From: Ostreococcus lucimarinus
Taxonomy: Eukaryota
Length of the DNA: 64,000 nucleotides
NCBI GenBank assembly: GCA_000092065.1
Contig: CP000583.1
Direction: 5' to 3' (one strand)
Made by a program: the position numbers and the translations under genes
Shown here: positions 43,510 to 53,750 of the stretch, piece by piece
How the letters are laid out: each line of letters starts with the position of its first letter
Position numbering within the stretch: the first letter of the stretch is position 1
Notes under the pieces: generated by a model
Database searches by the model: none
What the model was told of the DNA's origin: nothing
What the model saw: only the letters and a program-made list of their open reading frames with translations

Positions 43510-44994
43510 TTAATCACCGTTCTCCCACACGAGCATGGTGCGCTTGCCGACCATGACATCGACGAGTTGTCCAAGACGCGTGAACACGGACTCTTGCACG
43601 TAGGGGACACCATACTTCTCGCACACAGCCTTGACGCGCGGCTGCATGTTTTGGTACGCGCGCATGGACATGTCCGGGAACATGTGGTGCTCGATTTGGT
43701 AGTTCAACCAGCCGTGCATGAAATCGTTCGCATCGCCGCCAGTCTTGAAGTTCGCGGAGCCGATCACCGCGCGGAGGTAGAAATCATCCGAACGAGGCTT
43801 CGTTTCCGTCTCGAATCGGTAGATGTCGTCGCCGACGTGGTTGGTGGCGATGATGATGAACGAGTGAACGTTCGTCATAACGTCCGCGAGGACGGAAGTC
43901 ATGAACCAGGCGAGCGCAGCCTTCGGGCCGCCGATGGCGTAGCCAATCGCCGGCAGTGCGGCGAAAGACCAGAGCGCGTATGGAGCGAAGCACTTGATGG
44001 TTTCAGACACAGCAGCAAACTCGCCCTTGAACGCGCCTTGAGCGACCGTGAGAACGGTTGACGGAAGGCTGCCAGTCTTGAACGGGTTTGGCTTGGAGTT
44101 ACCAGCCTTGGCGGCTTCACGCTCCTTACGCGCGAGAAGTTCCTTCAACGTGTTCGGCGCGTAGTAAAACCACTTCCAGACGAGCGCGAGACCAGCGACT
44201 TGGAGATAACGCGACACCATCGGGGTGTTACCTTCGCGGAGCTCTTGCATGTTGCGCTCAACGAGATCCGGATCCGCATCTTCGCCGAGTTGATAATGGT
44301 GCAAGTGGTTGTGTTCTACGTCCCACGCCTCTGGGAGCATCCAATCCATCCAATCGGTGCATCGTCGCCACAAACCGCGCGCAAACTTTCTGCGGTGGAA
44401 TCGACCAGTGACTTCCCCGTTCGTGCTCTGCGCCGCGTTGTAACCACCGTGGCACGTGTGGTGACCGACCATAGTCCATCTCGCGCAAATCGCAGTCGAC
44501 ATCATGAACGCCGCGATCGGATTCATCCCGTTCAACCAAGCCGGCATGTTCAAACCCACCATCGGCATCGCCGTCAGCGCCGCCAACCCGCCAAAGTAGC
44601 ACAGGTTCGCCCACGTCAAAATCTTCTTCAAGTGCTTCACATCCTCCTCGAAGTGTTCCGGCGCCTTGAATTCCTTCTCTATCGCGCGCATTTCCGCCGC
44701 CCATCCCGCGAGATCGAGGTTCTCACGCCACTTCCCCGTCTCGTTGTACGTCATCGTCGTCATCGTCGCCAGAGAGTCAGAGCCGCTCGCCGCGCCGTCG
44801 ATCGCGATCGCCTTGTTCGCGCACGCATTCGCCCCGCGGTTCACGTCCCGCGTCGCGTTCGCGGAGATCGCACCAGCGCGCGCGATCGCGCGCGGCGTTT
44901 GCGCGACGCGTTGACGCGTCGTCGTCGCGCGCGCGCCGTTCGCGCGCGCCGCGGTCGGGCGCGCCGTCAACGTTCGCATCGCGAACGCGCTCAT
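43510..44994 (-). CDS. Membrane fatty-acid desaturase, front-end/DesD-like (third His box QIEHH), with no cytochrome b5 domain and a predicted plastid transit peptide.
   Basis: His boxes HHTCHG, HNHLHH and QIEHHMFP are present. The N-terminus MSAFAMRTLTARPTAARANGARATTT is cTP-like. No HPGG cyt-b5 motif is present. The track N-terminus (MHAYEH) is a GTG start, and the first ATG is at 44992-44994. Confidence 0.6.
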   Translation of the reverse strand: MSAFAMRTLTARPTAARANGARATTTRQRVAQTPRAIARAGAISANATRDVNRGANACANKAIAIDGAASGSDSLATMTTMTYNETGKWRENLDLAGWAAEMRAIEKEFKAPEHFEEDVKHLKKILTWANLCYFGGLAALTAMPMVGLNMPAWLNGMNPIAAFMMSTAICARWTMVGHHTCHGGYNAAQSTNGEVTGRFHRRKFARGLWRRCTDWMDWMLPEAWDVEHNHLHHYQLGEDADPDLVERNMQELREGNTPMVSRYLQVAGLALVWKWFYYAPNTLKELLARKEREAAKAGNSKPNPFKTGSLPSTVLTVAQGAFKGEFAAVSETIKCFAPYALWSFAALPAIGYAIGGPKAALAWFMTSVLADVMTNVHSFIIIATNHVGDDIYRFETETKPRSDDFYLRAVIGSANFKTGGDANDFMHGWLNYQIEHHMFPDMSMRAYQNMQPRVKAVCEKYGVPYVQESVFTRLGQLVDVMVGKRTMLVWENGD

Positions 44995-45213
44995 CGTCGT
45001 CTGTGCGGCGTTCGAGATCGAACGTGCGATCGCGGGCGTTGACGAAGGCGTCTTCGTCGTCGGCTTCGCGCGCGGGCGTCGGTCGGACGCGTCGCTGTGC
45101 CGCGCGAGCGTCGGCGGCGGGGCGCCAATCTTATCTCGGCGCGCGCGTGACGTCGTCGTCGTTCGATTTAATGGGTAGTCGGTGTGTTCGTATGCGTGCA
45201 CGCGGGCACTGTT

Positions 45214-45232
45214 TTTTTTCGGACATACGGGT
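45214..45232. promoter_or_regulatory. GGGCACTGTTTTTTTTCGG motif about 220 nt upstream of the desaturase ATG.
   Basis: It has the CACTGTTT core shared with other 5' regions in this window. Confidence 0.25.
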
Positions 45233-45570
45233 CAGTCATTATCAGTTGTGTGCTGTTTATGTAAATACCCGGAATCGACGTCATTGGGTATAAGTCCGAA
45301 TGTCCGATTTTGCGGCTGAGGACGGAGTGATGGATGTAAATTTGAACCGATGGTGATGAAACTCCGCGAAATCACGCGTAATCAACGGTCGAAAATGGCT
45401 AGACGCCGCGCGCGCGGGCGCGCCGTGTCGGTCCGGCCGCAAAGATATGATTCAAAGTCTCGGTCGGTCGCGCGGCGGAGAGCGCGGGGAGGAAGTCTGG
45501 CTCGCGCGCGCGAAGGATCGCGCGCGAGAAAACTGTTTGCTTGTAAATAATCGTGGTGGTGATGATATTA

Positions 45571-46944
45571 TTATTCTTCAAACTCGGCGAAGAACGCGAT
45601 TGTGGATGTCAAGGCGTCGATGAAGGCGTCGACGTCGCTCGGGAGGTTGTAAAAGTAGAGGCTGGCGCGAGCGCTCCCGGGAACGTCGAGGTAACGGTGG
45701 AGGGGCTGAGTGCAGTGGTGACCGCTGCGACACGCGATTCCCGCTTGGTCTAGTAAGGTGCAAAGGTCGTTGGCGTGAATGCCGTCGACGTTGAAAGCGC
45801 AAAGCGAGGCTCGGCCGCGCGCGGGCGGAGGGCCGTATATCGTCACTCCAGGGACGGCGGAGAGCTTTTCGTACAGGTACGTCCCGATCTCGATCTCGTA
45901 GTCGTGGATTCTATCCATGCCTATTTTTGTGAGGTAGTCGCACGCCTCGCCCAAGGCAATGGCCTCAGCTATCGCGGGCGTCCCAGCCTCGAACCGTGAC
46001 GGAGGTTCGGCGTACGTGCTCTTTTCGAGGTACACGTCGGCGATCATCTCGCCGCCTCCCATCCACGGCGGCATGGTCTCTAAGACGTCCATACGACCCC
46101 ACAAAAATCCGATACCAGTCGGTCCGCACATTTTGTGCGAGCTACCCACGATCCAATCCGCACCGAGCGCTTGCACGTCCACCTTCATGTGCGGCAAGCT
46201 TTGGCACGCGTCGAGAAGCACCTTGGCGCCGACGCCTCGAGCGAGATCGATAATTTCCTTCACTGGTGCCACACCACCGGTGACATTACTCACGTGCGCC
46301 GTCGTGATGAGCCTCGTCTTTTCGTTCACCAAAGAGCGAAGCTGATCCATGTCCAGTTCCTGCGTATCCTTCGTCAATTCAACGAATTTCAACACGCACC
46401 CCGTCCGCTCAGCGAGCAGTTGCCACGGGACGATATTTGAGTGGTGCTCTAAAACGCTCAAAATTATCTCGTCACCGGCTTTGATGTGCTTGGTCCCCCA
46501 CGTGTTGGCCACCAGATTGATCGCCTCGCTCGCGTTTCTCGTGAAGACGATTTCCCTATCCGTCGTCGCGTTGACAAACGCCGCCACCTTTCTCCGCGAC
46601 AACTCGTACGCATCCGTGGCCTTGCTGCTCAGATAGTGCACCCCTCGATGGACATTGGAGTTATAATCCTTGTAGTAAAACATGTGCGCGTCGACGACTT
46701 GATTCGGCTTCTGGGACGTCGCCGCGTTGTCCAGATACACCAGCTGGGCGCCTGACTCTGTCTTTTGGTCGAGAATCGGAAAGTCTCCTCGTGTTTCCTC
46801 CCCCAGCGTCGACGTCGGCGCTTTCACCGCCGTCGCCGACGACGCAGCGCGTCGAACGCTCGCCGTCCGTTGCGTCGGCGAGACGCGGCGTCGCGGAGAC
46901 GACGTGGACGCGAACGCGGCGCGCGTGACGCCGGCCGCCGACAT
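45571..46944 (-). CDS. SUFS: Cysteine desulfurase SufS (plastid NFS2-type), 457 aa.
   Basis: This is a group II desulfurase, with [13 protein letters not shown]-lysine region [16 protein letters not shown], and C-terminal [11 protein letters not shown]. The N-terminus is an S/A/R-rich transit peptide. Confidence 0.85.
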   Translation of the reverse strand: MSAAGVTRAAFASTSSPRRRVSPTQRTASVRRAASSATAVKAPTSTLGEETRGDFPILDQKTESGAQLVYLDNAATSQKPNQVVDAHMFYYKDYNSNVHRGVHYLSSKATDAYELSRRKVAAFVNATTDREIVFTRNASEAINLVANTWGTKHIKAGDEIILSVLEHHSNIVPWQLLAERTGCVLKFVELTKDTQELDMDQLRSLVNEKTRLITTAHVSNVTGGVAPVKEIIDLARGVGAKVLLDACQSLPHMKVDVQALGADWIVGSSHKMCGPTGIGFLWGRMDVLETMPPWMGGGEMIADVYLEKSTYAEPPSRFEAGTPAIAEAIALGEACDYLTKIGMDRIHDYEIEIGTYLYEKLSAVPGVTIYGPPPARGRASLCAFNVDGIHANDLCTLLDQAGIACRSGHHCTQPLHRYLDVPGSARASLYFYNLPSDVDAFIDALTSTIAFFAEFEE

Positions 46945-47221
46945 GGGTGACGTCTTCGATTACGCGCTCGGTTCGCGCCTCGTGCGCGCGCTCGTGCCGA
47001 TGATGACTCGCGGGCGGGCGGGCGATCGGCGGTAACGCGTGCCGACCCGCGGTTTCGCGACGCACCGACGAGCGAACGCTGAGGTGTGCGGTGGGCGACG
47101 AAGAGAAGAACGTTTCTGAAGGGTGGCGACGCCGCACCCGAGTGGGTCTCGGATACAATGTTTTCGTCGAGAACGCGGGCTAAGACGCTCTGATGCGTCG
47201 TGAATCGTGAACCATGTGCGA

Positions 47222-50200
47222 TTATCGTGCGATGTCGGATTTTTCCATGTACTGGTACCCGGTGGGCAAGTCGCGATTGACCTTGTCCGCCTCGGGGGAC
47301 GTCAGGAGGGCGTCGCGAGGGAGCGCTCCGCCACGCAACGCACCGGTGTTTCGGGCTTGACCGCGCTGACCCGGTAGAAGATCGTCAAAGTTTTCTTCGG
47401 AATCGAACCCTGCGAGCGAAGAACCAGGGACACTACCAGGAAGCCTGTTGGCTTGTTGAAGATTGCTTCGAGTTTTCTTCGTCTTCGCCTTGGCGCTCGA
47501 CGGGAGTCCGCCAAAGGCGGCTCGCTTTTGTGTGTCTTTCGCGCGCATCGTCTCCCGGATCCGACGCATGGCTCCGTTCATTGGCGACACTCCGGTTGTA
47601 CCACCAGATAACGTGCGCTGCAAACCTCCAGATAGCTGTCTCTCTAACGGCGACTGATTGTACATTTCAACGAGCGCTGGAACAGGGTCTCCCACAAGGT
47701 TGACTGCGAGATCCTTTTCGCGTTCAGAACGCGAATGTTTCTCGCAAAAAGCAGTGAATCTTTTCTTGGAGTGGTCGACTGCGCGCATATGACACGCTGC
47801 TCGTCGGCAGCAGAGTGGATGAAAGACGGTTTGACAGTGCCCAAAGCAACAACGCATGAGCGTTCCATGCGAACGCGTACAGTATGTGCAAGACGCGTTG
47901 CGGCGCTCGCGAGGCACGTCCTCGATATTCACAGGTCTGATCACCGCTACGTGATTCATGATCCTATCGAACAAGTGCGCCTCGGGGACCCATTTCGCGC
48001 ACGCGACGTGACACCACTGGTTCCCGGTCAGCGTCTTCTTGAAGGCGCCCATTTTCACCGGGCAAAGCGTGCACTCCACTCCGCGGTAAAGAGCCAACTT
48101 GCCTTGTAACGTTATGCGCGACTTCTTTGAAGTCTTTGGAATTGCAGTGCCTGCTAACACGGCTGCATTGCACACAAAACACAACCACTTGGGATCCTTG
48201 ACATAAGCGTCACCCGTGATTCCGTAACAGTGCGGGTGCACGATAAGTTCACACTGCGAACACTTCATTGTTTCTTCCATCTTCTCCGCTTCTTCAGTCC
48301 CAGCACAGACACAGCAAGCTTTGTTATCGGACACGGCATGGAACGGATCCAGAAGAATCGATGACATCGGTGAACGAATCGGAGACGCTCCAAGAACAGG
48401 GGATCCGCTTCGAGGCGTGCCAGACAGGCTAAAAGACTTGAGGTGACTCGATGTGGTGGGGTCGAAGTTCGCGAGACCGAACATTTTTTTCACCCGACTT
48501 GGTGCCGCTTCTATTGCTTTCATCACCGCTTGGGTAGTCGGGGGCTTGTATGTTGGTATCAGGCTCTTCGGGTCGGGTGCCACTATTGCGGCTGAACCCA
48601 TCTCGCGTTTCGGTTTTGATTCGCGTCGCCCATCACCCACTGCTGCTTTGGCTCGCTCCAGTGCTGCCAGCTGGTCCGCTTCGCGCTTCTCTTTCTTCTG
48701 TTGACGTTTGACCTCTCTGATTCCCGACATGTACGTCGCGGCCTCATCGAGCTTTGCCTTGCGCTTTGCTTGTTCGTCGTTGTCCGACTCGATTCCGCTA
48801 GCTATTTTCTCTTGTGCCCTCTTGAGTTTCTGCCTGTTCGACTGTAGTTGCCAAAGAAGTTCATATTGAAGCGCAAGAATCTCTGCTTCTACTTCGTCTT
48901 TTGGAGCGCACGCCAAGAGCGTCGGGTTCGAACGCCAAGCGTCTTCAATTCGTTGCAACTCATCCTTTGCCGATGGACCGCCTTGTACACGGTTGGCGCG
49001 AGACGGCGCCCCAGGTAGTTGCAAATCTTTCGACTCGCCACTTTTCTTGAGACAATTCACGCTTCCTTCACTTGTACCGCATTTGCTCGACAACGTTTTC
49101 AATCTCACGCACACCGCGCATGGTTGAGATCCCCCCGAGCAACCTTGCTTGGGACCACTGGGAGTCTGTGAGGTAGACTCTTTGAGCCTGAACGCCTTGT
49201 CGAGCAAAATTTCCGTGTGAATGGCCATCGTCTCTTCTGTACAGCCTTGCTCAAAATGTTTCAGCTCTCCATCGATCCCAAATGCCGTTGTGCATTCGTA
49301 TCCGGTCTTTTCTCGCACATCCATATCCTTGTCACCGCCCAATTCTTCGTGCTCATCCCGAACGGGGTCGTTACCCACGACGGTCGTTCCCGCGCTGGAC
49401 GGTGAGTCGTCGATCCCTTGGCCGCCACTTAACGCTTGCTCGCTCGTAGTCGTCATATTTGTGAGGTTTGAAGGTACGTTAACGAGCCCGTAAGACGCTG
49501 CCATGTCTAGATTTTGCTCTGGGAAAATCATGTTTTTATCCAACTTTTTCTTCGCCTTGGTCGCCTCTTCTCGACGAGCATCTTGACGCGTATTCACGTG
49601 CGAAGCGCTCTCGTGACGAAGCCACATACGAAGGCACGACAACAGTTCGTCGGTGTCCGAGTTTTCACTCTTTATTTCGATCCCATTCTTGCTGCGTTTG
49701 CTATTGGTCTTGTTTTCGTACTTTCCAAGCCAGGCCTTCAACGCCGCGAGCGTTACTCTTGAAAATTTCGCAATCTCACGCATTTTTTCGCTCTCATCCC
49801 CCACTAAACTAACTAAAACTCTAATCGTCATCGCGACGTGTTCTGGTGGTAGATTCTGTACCAAATCGATCCCCTGTTCGTGTTCCTGCAACGGCGGTAT
49901 GACGAAGGGTTGCGTAGGTACGGCTGGAATAGTCCCGACAATGTGGTTCTTCTCCTCAAGTTTAATCGGCGAAGTCGGTGCCGATGTCGATGCGTGACTC
50001 TGATCTCCTTTTCTTCGGTACGTCAAACCGGGAATGGGAATTCCAATCTTGTCCTCTCCGACTTCATAATCCGGACCGACGCACGTAGTGTTCAGCGCGC
50101 TGTCAAACGTCCAAGGAGTGGCGGGCGCGATCCGAGCCAAGTCCGTCGCGTGAACCGGTCGAAAGAAATCTTCTGCATATCTCCACCAGGGCGCAACCTT

Positions 50201-50577
50201 CCGCGCCTCTTTTTCCTCCTCTACCCCGAGTCCGAACGTGCGTTTTCTCTGCGTACGATGAAAGTCTCGTCAGTCGCCCGTTCTACGAGCCCAAATATTT
50301 CTCCTGATTCGCGCGATCATTTCTCAATCCTCTATCACCACGGCGCTAGTCGTAAGGAACATACCGTCGAAGCCTTAGCCGCTGCCTTTTTCTCAATCTC
50401 ATCCAAGCTCACCGCCTCTGACACCGTGTACGGCGACCGCAGCCTCGGCGCACCGGGGCAACTCTTCGGCAGCAATGCGGCGACGTTCTTGAGATCTTTC
50501 TCCAGTCTGTCGATCGCATCCCTCACGGGTACACCATCCAAGGCTTTGAAGTCCCTCCCAGACGCGTTGGCGGGCAT
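47222..50577 (-). CDS. PHD-finger protein with a PZP (PHD-Zn-knuckle-ePHD) module, BRPF/JADE/AF10-like. join(50365..50577,47222..50248).
   Basis: The PZP cysteine pattern is CCVCAGTEE...CSQCELIVHPHCYG...WLCFVC then CTLCPVKMGAFKK..WCHVACAKW...CTYC..GTLMRCCFGHCQTVFHPLCC. The track ORF starts at a TTG. Upstream exon MPANASGRDFKALDGVPVRD...KKAAAKAST ends at donor GTATGT (50363-50364). With branch CTGAC and acceptor CGCAG (50249-50251) it joins in frame to RKRTFGLGVEEEKE.... Confidence 0.6.
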
Positions 50578-50859
50578 GACTGCGACGTCACGTGTCGTTT
50601 TCTGTCCCGTCGCGCGTTCGTTCGACGATCCCCGTCGCCCCTTTTACGCCCTCGCGCGACGCCTCCTCGATATCGATCGCCGCGCGCGCGCGACGAACAA
50701 TCTCGATCACTTTCGCGTCGAACGTTCGCGAGCGGCGAGCGCGCGCGCGTCGCGATCGCCCGCGCGGCGCGACGTGTGGGATGAATGCGCGTCCCACGCG
50801 CGTCCCACACGTCCCTCGTCCAGCCTGCGCCGTCGGACCTCGATGCCGCGATCGATCGC

Positions 50860-51100
50860 GACCAAACTCGATCGACGCGTCTCTCGATGGACGAAAGTCG
50901 GTTCATTCGATCGATCGATCGATCGATCGATCGATCGATCTACACACGCGTCTCTCGATCGACGGAAGTGGGTTCAATCAATCGATCGATCGATCTACAC
51001 GTCTGTCGATCGACGTCGATCGATGTTTCGTCGACGCGAGTAGGTTCAATCGATCGATCGATCTACGCGTGCGTCGATCGACTTTCTAGATGGTTCAGAC
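50860..51100. repeat. Roughly 60-bp GATC-rich minisatellite, 3–4 units with (GATC)n cores, in the PHD(-)/IPT(+) divergent promoter.
   Basis: Repeated units GGTTCAATCGATCGATCGATC(GATC)nTACACGCGTCTCTCGATCGACGGAAGT start near 50888, 50951 and 51046. (TCGA/GATC)n cores lie at 50900-50940, 50980-51000 and 51050-51062. Confidence 0.7.
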
Positions 51101-51278
51101 GGTTCACGCAAAAAACGCCGATCGATCGAACCCGATCGACGAGATTCGCATTTCGATCCCATGATCGATCGACTCGCTGAGCTTCGCGTGCGATCGATCG
51201 CGAAACCGCGCGACATCGCTCCCCTGGCGACCGGCTGCGCGGCACTTTCGCGCGCGCCGCGCGCGCGAGTCACCGCGA

Positions 51279-52601
51279 ATGCCGTCGCCACCGCGCGTGA
51301 TCGTGATCGTTGGTCCCACGGGGTCGGGAAAGTCCCGATTGGCCGTAGAACTTGCCCGCGCGCTCGGGGGAGACGTCATCAATGCGGACGCGTTGCAATT
51401 TCACGACTCGCTGCCAATCTGTACGGCGCGCGTTCGAGAAGATGAAATGGAAGGCGTGCGACATCATCTAGTTGGGTGCGTGAAATACGGTGAATACTTC
51501 GATGTGCGCGCGTTTCGAGCGCGCGCGGGATCGATCGTGCGCGAGTGCGTGGGTGAAGGGAGGTCGGTAATTGTGGTGGGCGGGAGCAACTACTACGCTC
51601 AAGCGCTCGTGTCCGACTCGCTGATGGATGTCAGAGATAGAGAAGAAGAAGAATGTATCAGTGATAAGAGTTTTATCGATGACATAGGACCGAATGGTGG
51701 ACGCCGAACGGCTGCCGAAGATGGAACGGTTGGCGTTGACGCGTCGACGGCGTACGCTCGGCTCGCCGAGGTTGATCCTGAGAGCGCTCAGAGACTTCAC
51801 CCGAACGATATCCGACGTGTTCGCCGGTATTTGGAAATCTTTGATACCACTGGTGAACGTCCGAGCGATGTATTCAAGCGAGAGCGCACTATGAAGAAGT
51901 TTGTGAGCCAATTTGACGTACTCGGTTGCCGGACCATCTTCATCGCGTTGAAATGTGACTCGAAAGTTCTTGACGAGATTCTTCGAGCGAGAGTCCTGTC
52001 CATGGTTGAAAACGGGTTGGTCGATGAACTGGAGCAGTTTGCGCGCTGTCATGGCGTTGAATCTCCGGACGGTGCTCGGGGAGACGTCCGTCAGGCGATC
52101 GGTTACGCGGAGTGGATGCCATACTTGCAAGCCAAAGTTAAAATGGACTCGACGCCTTGTGTCGACAGCGAACTCGCATCAATGCGTGATGAAGCCATCG
52201 AGGCGACTGTACGGCACACTTGTCGTCTATCACGACGTCAACAGTCACGTTTGACGACCTTTGCGAAGCAATACGGTTGGCCCGTGAGATTCGTCGATGT
52301 ATCGGATTCGTTGAGTAAGTTCTGTTCGGAGCGCGCCGCCTTCAAAGATAGCTGGTACGCGAATGTCGTTCATCGTGCCCTAGAACTGTGCGAACATGAA
52401 GACGTCGTCGAATTAGACTCAGGAAACAGCTCAAAACAGGTCGCTGTGCACACGTGCGAGGCGTGTGGGAAAACGTTGCGAGGCGAAATCGAGTGGCGAG
52501 CCCACCTGAATGGCAGGCGCCACCGAAAGGCTTCTGCCAATGCGAGGAAACGCCAGAGACTTGAGTTTGGGACAAAACATCCAAGGTTAGGTAGACAATA
52601 G
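51279..52601 (+). CDS. MOD5: tRNA dimethylallyltransferase (IPT/MOD5/TRIT1) with a C-terminal matrin-type C2H2 zinc finger, 440 aa.
   Basis: The P-loop is VIVIVGPTGSGKSRLAVELARALGGDVINADALQ. The DMAPP-binding core follows. The C-terminus CEACGKTLRGEIEWRAHLNGRRHRK is the Mod5-type Zn finger. Confidence 0.85.
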   Translation: MPSPPRVIVIVGPTGSGKSRLAVELARALGGDVINADALQFHDSLPICTARVREDEMEGVRHHLVGCVKYGEYFDVRAFRARAGSIVRECVGEGRSVIVVGGSNYYAQALVSDSLMDVRDREEEECISDKSFIDDIGPNGGRRTAAEDGTVGVDASTAYARLAEVDPESAQRLHPNDIRRVRRYLEIFDTTGERPSDVFKRERTMKKFVSQFDVLGCRTIFIALKCDSKVLDEILRARVLSMVENGLVDELEQFARCHGVESPDGARGDVRQAIGYAEWMPYLQAKVKMDSTPCVDSELASMRDEAIEATVRHTCRLSRRQQSRLTTFAKQYGWPVRFVDVSDSLSKFCSERAAFKDSWYANVVHRALELCEHEDVVELDSGNSSKQVAVHTCEACGKTLRGEIEWRAHLNGRRHRKASANARKRQRLEFGTKHPRLGRQ

Positions 52602-52673
52602 CGTTATAGATCATTAGAAGGATAGGCAAAATTGTTTTACAAACGCGTGTTGAACCGTAAATCGATTGAGGTT

Positions 52674-53501
52674 TCACGTTCCTGGAAGCTTAGGCACGAG
52701 CACCGGAGTCTTCCTTTTGTACGACTGATACCCCTCGTCCTTGCCCCATCTCTCATCGGCCATTCGTTCCAAAATTGGAATACCGCTCATCTTTGTCAGC
52801 AAGTAGGTGACGAAGAGTGGCGACGCAAACGCTCCGGCCGCTCGACCCGGATTCGACGCCGCCAAACCGTTGCAAGCGATTCCCGCGACCCCGAACCACA
52901 TGCAAATCTCGCCGAAGTAGTTCGGATGACGAGACAGGGACCACAAACCGTGCTTGATGTACTTGCCTTTGTTCGACTTGTCCGACTTGAAGGCAAACTT
53001 TTGTACGTCGGCGACGACTTCGAAGACGAACCCAAAGGCCCAAAACGCCGCCAGCGTCCAATCCACCGCGTTCAGATCCACCAATTGACCCGGAGACCCG
53101 TTCAACAGATACACCGGTAACGACGTCACCCACACCCACACGCCTTGGAGGAACCAATACACCGCGAACACCCCGGGCTTGTCCTTCACGCCGTCGAATC
53201 GCGAGTCCCCGCCGTCCCTGTGCGCCCTCGCGCCCAAGAATATCCCCAATCTCGCCGTCCACGCCATCGCGAGCGCGCTCGCGAGCTTCTGCCGCGGCAT
53301 CATCGCCGACGTCCCCAGCGTCAGCGCCGCCGTCGTCGCGAACGCCGCGCTCCCCAGAATGTCGTAAAACTTCTCCGTCCGCAGCGTCGCCGCCGCCGCC
53401 CAACCGACGAGCTGGATCCCAAAGTCCACGAGCGCCGCGCCGAGCATGCTCGACTGCATCGCGCCGCCGCCCATCCACGACAGCGCGTCCGCGCGCGTCA
53501 T
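52674..53501 (-). CDS. DUF1295-family integral membrane protein (steroid 5-alpha-reductase / ERG4-ERG24 / ICMT-like fold).
   Basis: HGLWSLSRHPNYFGEICMWFG is the DUF1295 signature. The start MTRADALSWMGG at 53499-53501 is assumed, and an upstream R-rich extension is possible. Confidence 0.6.
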   Translation of the reverse strand: MTRADALSWMGGGAMQSSMLGAALVDFGIQLVGWAAAATLRTEKFYDILGSAAFATTAALTLGTSAMMPRQKLASALAMAWTARLGIFLGARAHRDGGDSRFDGVKDKPGVFAVYWFLQGVWVWVTSLPVYLLNGSPGQLVDLNAVDWTLAAFWAFGFVFEVVADVQKFAFKSDKSNKGKYIKHGLWSLSRHPNYFGEICMWFGVAGIACNGLAASNPGRAAGAFASPLFVTYLLTKMSGIPILERMADERWGKDEGYQSYKRKTPVLVPKLPGT

Positions 53502-53750
53502 CGCACGCGAGGGCGCGCGCGCGCGCGCGCCGAGCGACGTTCCCGCGCGCGTCGAACGCGCGCCCTCGCCCTCGCGTCCCGCGCGCCCTCGCGCCGCGCG
53601 CGCGCCGCGCTCGGGCGCGCGCGCGCGTCGACGCGCGCGCCAGGCGACGTCGCGCCGCGCGCCGTCGCCGAACCGCGAGAGCGCGCTCGCTCGACCGCCG
53701 AAGGGCGACATGTGCGGCGGGGCGTCATCCGCATTCGTCGACGCGACGCC

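Noticed and set aside
45350-45550. A 66-aa ORF in the SufS 3' / desaturase 5' spacer.
   Set aside because: It is R-rich and low-complexity with no homology. It sits where the UTRs and promoter are expected.
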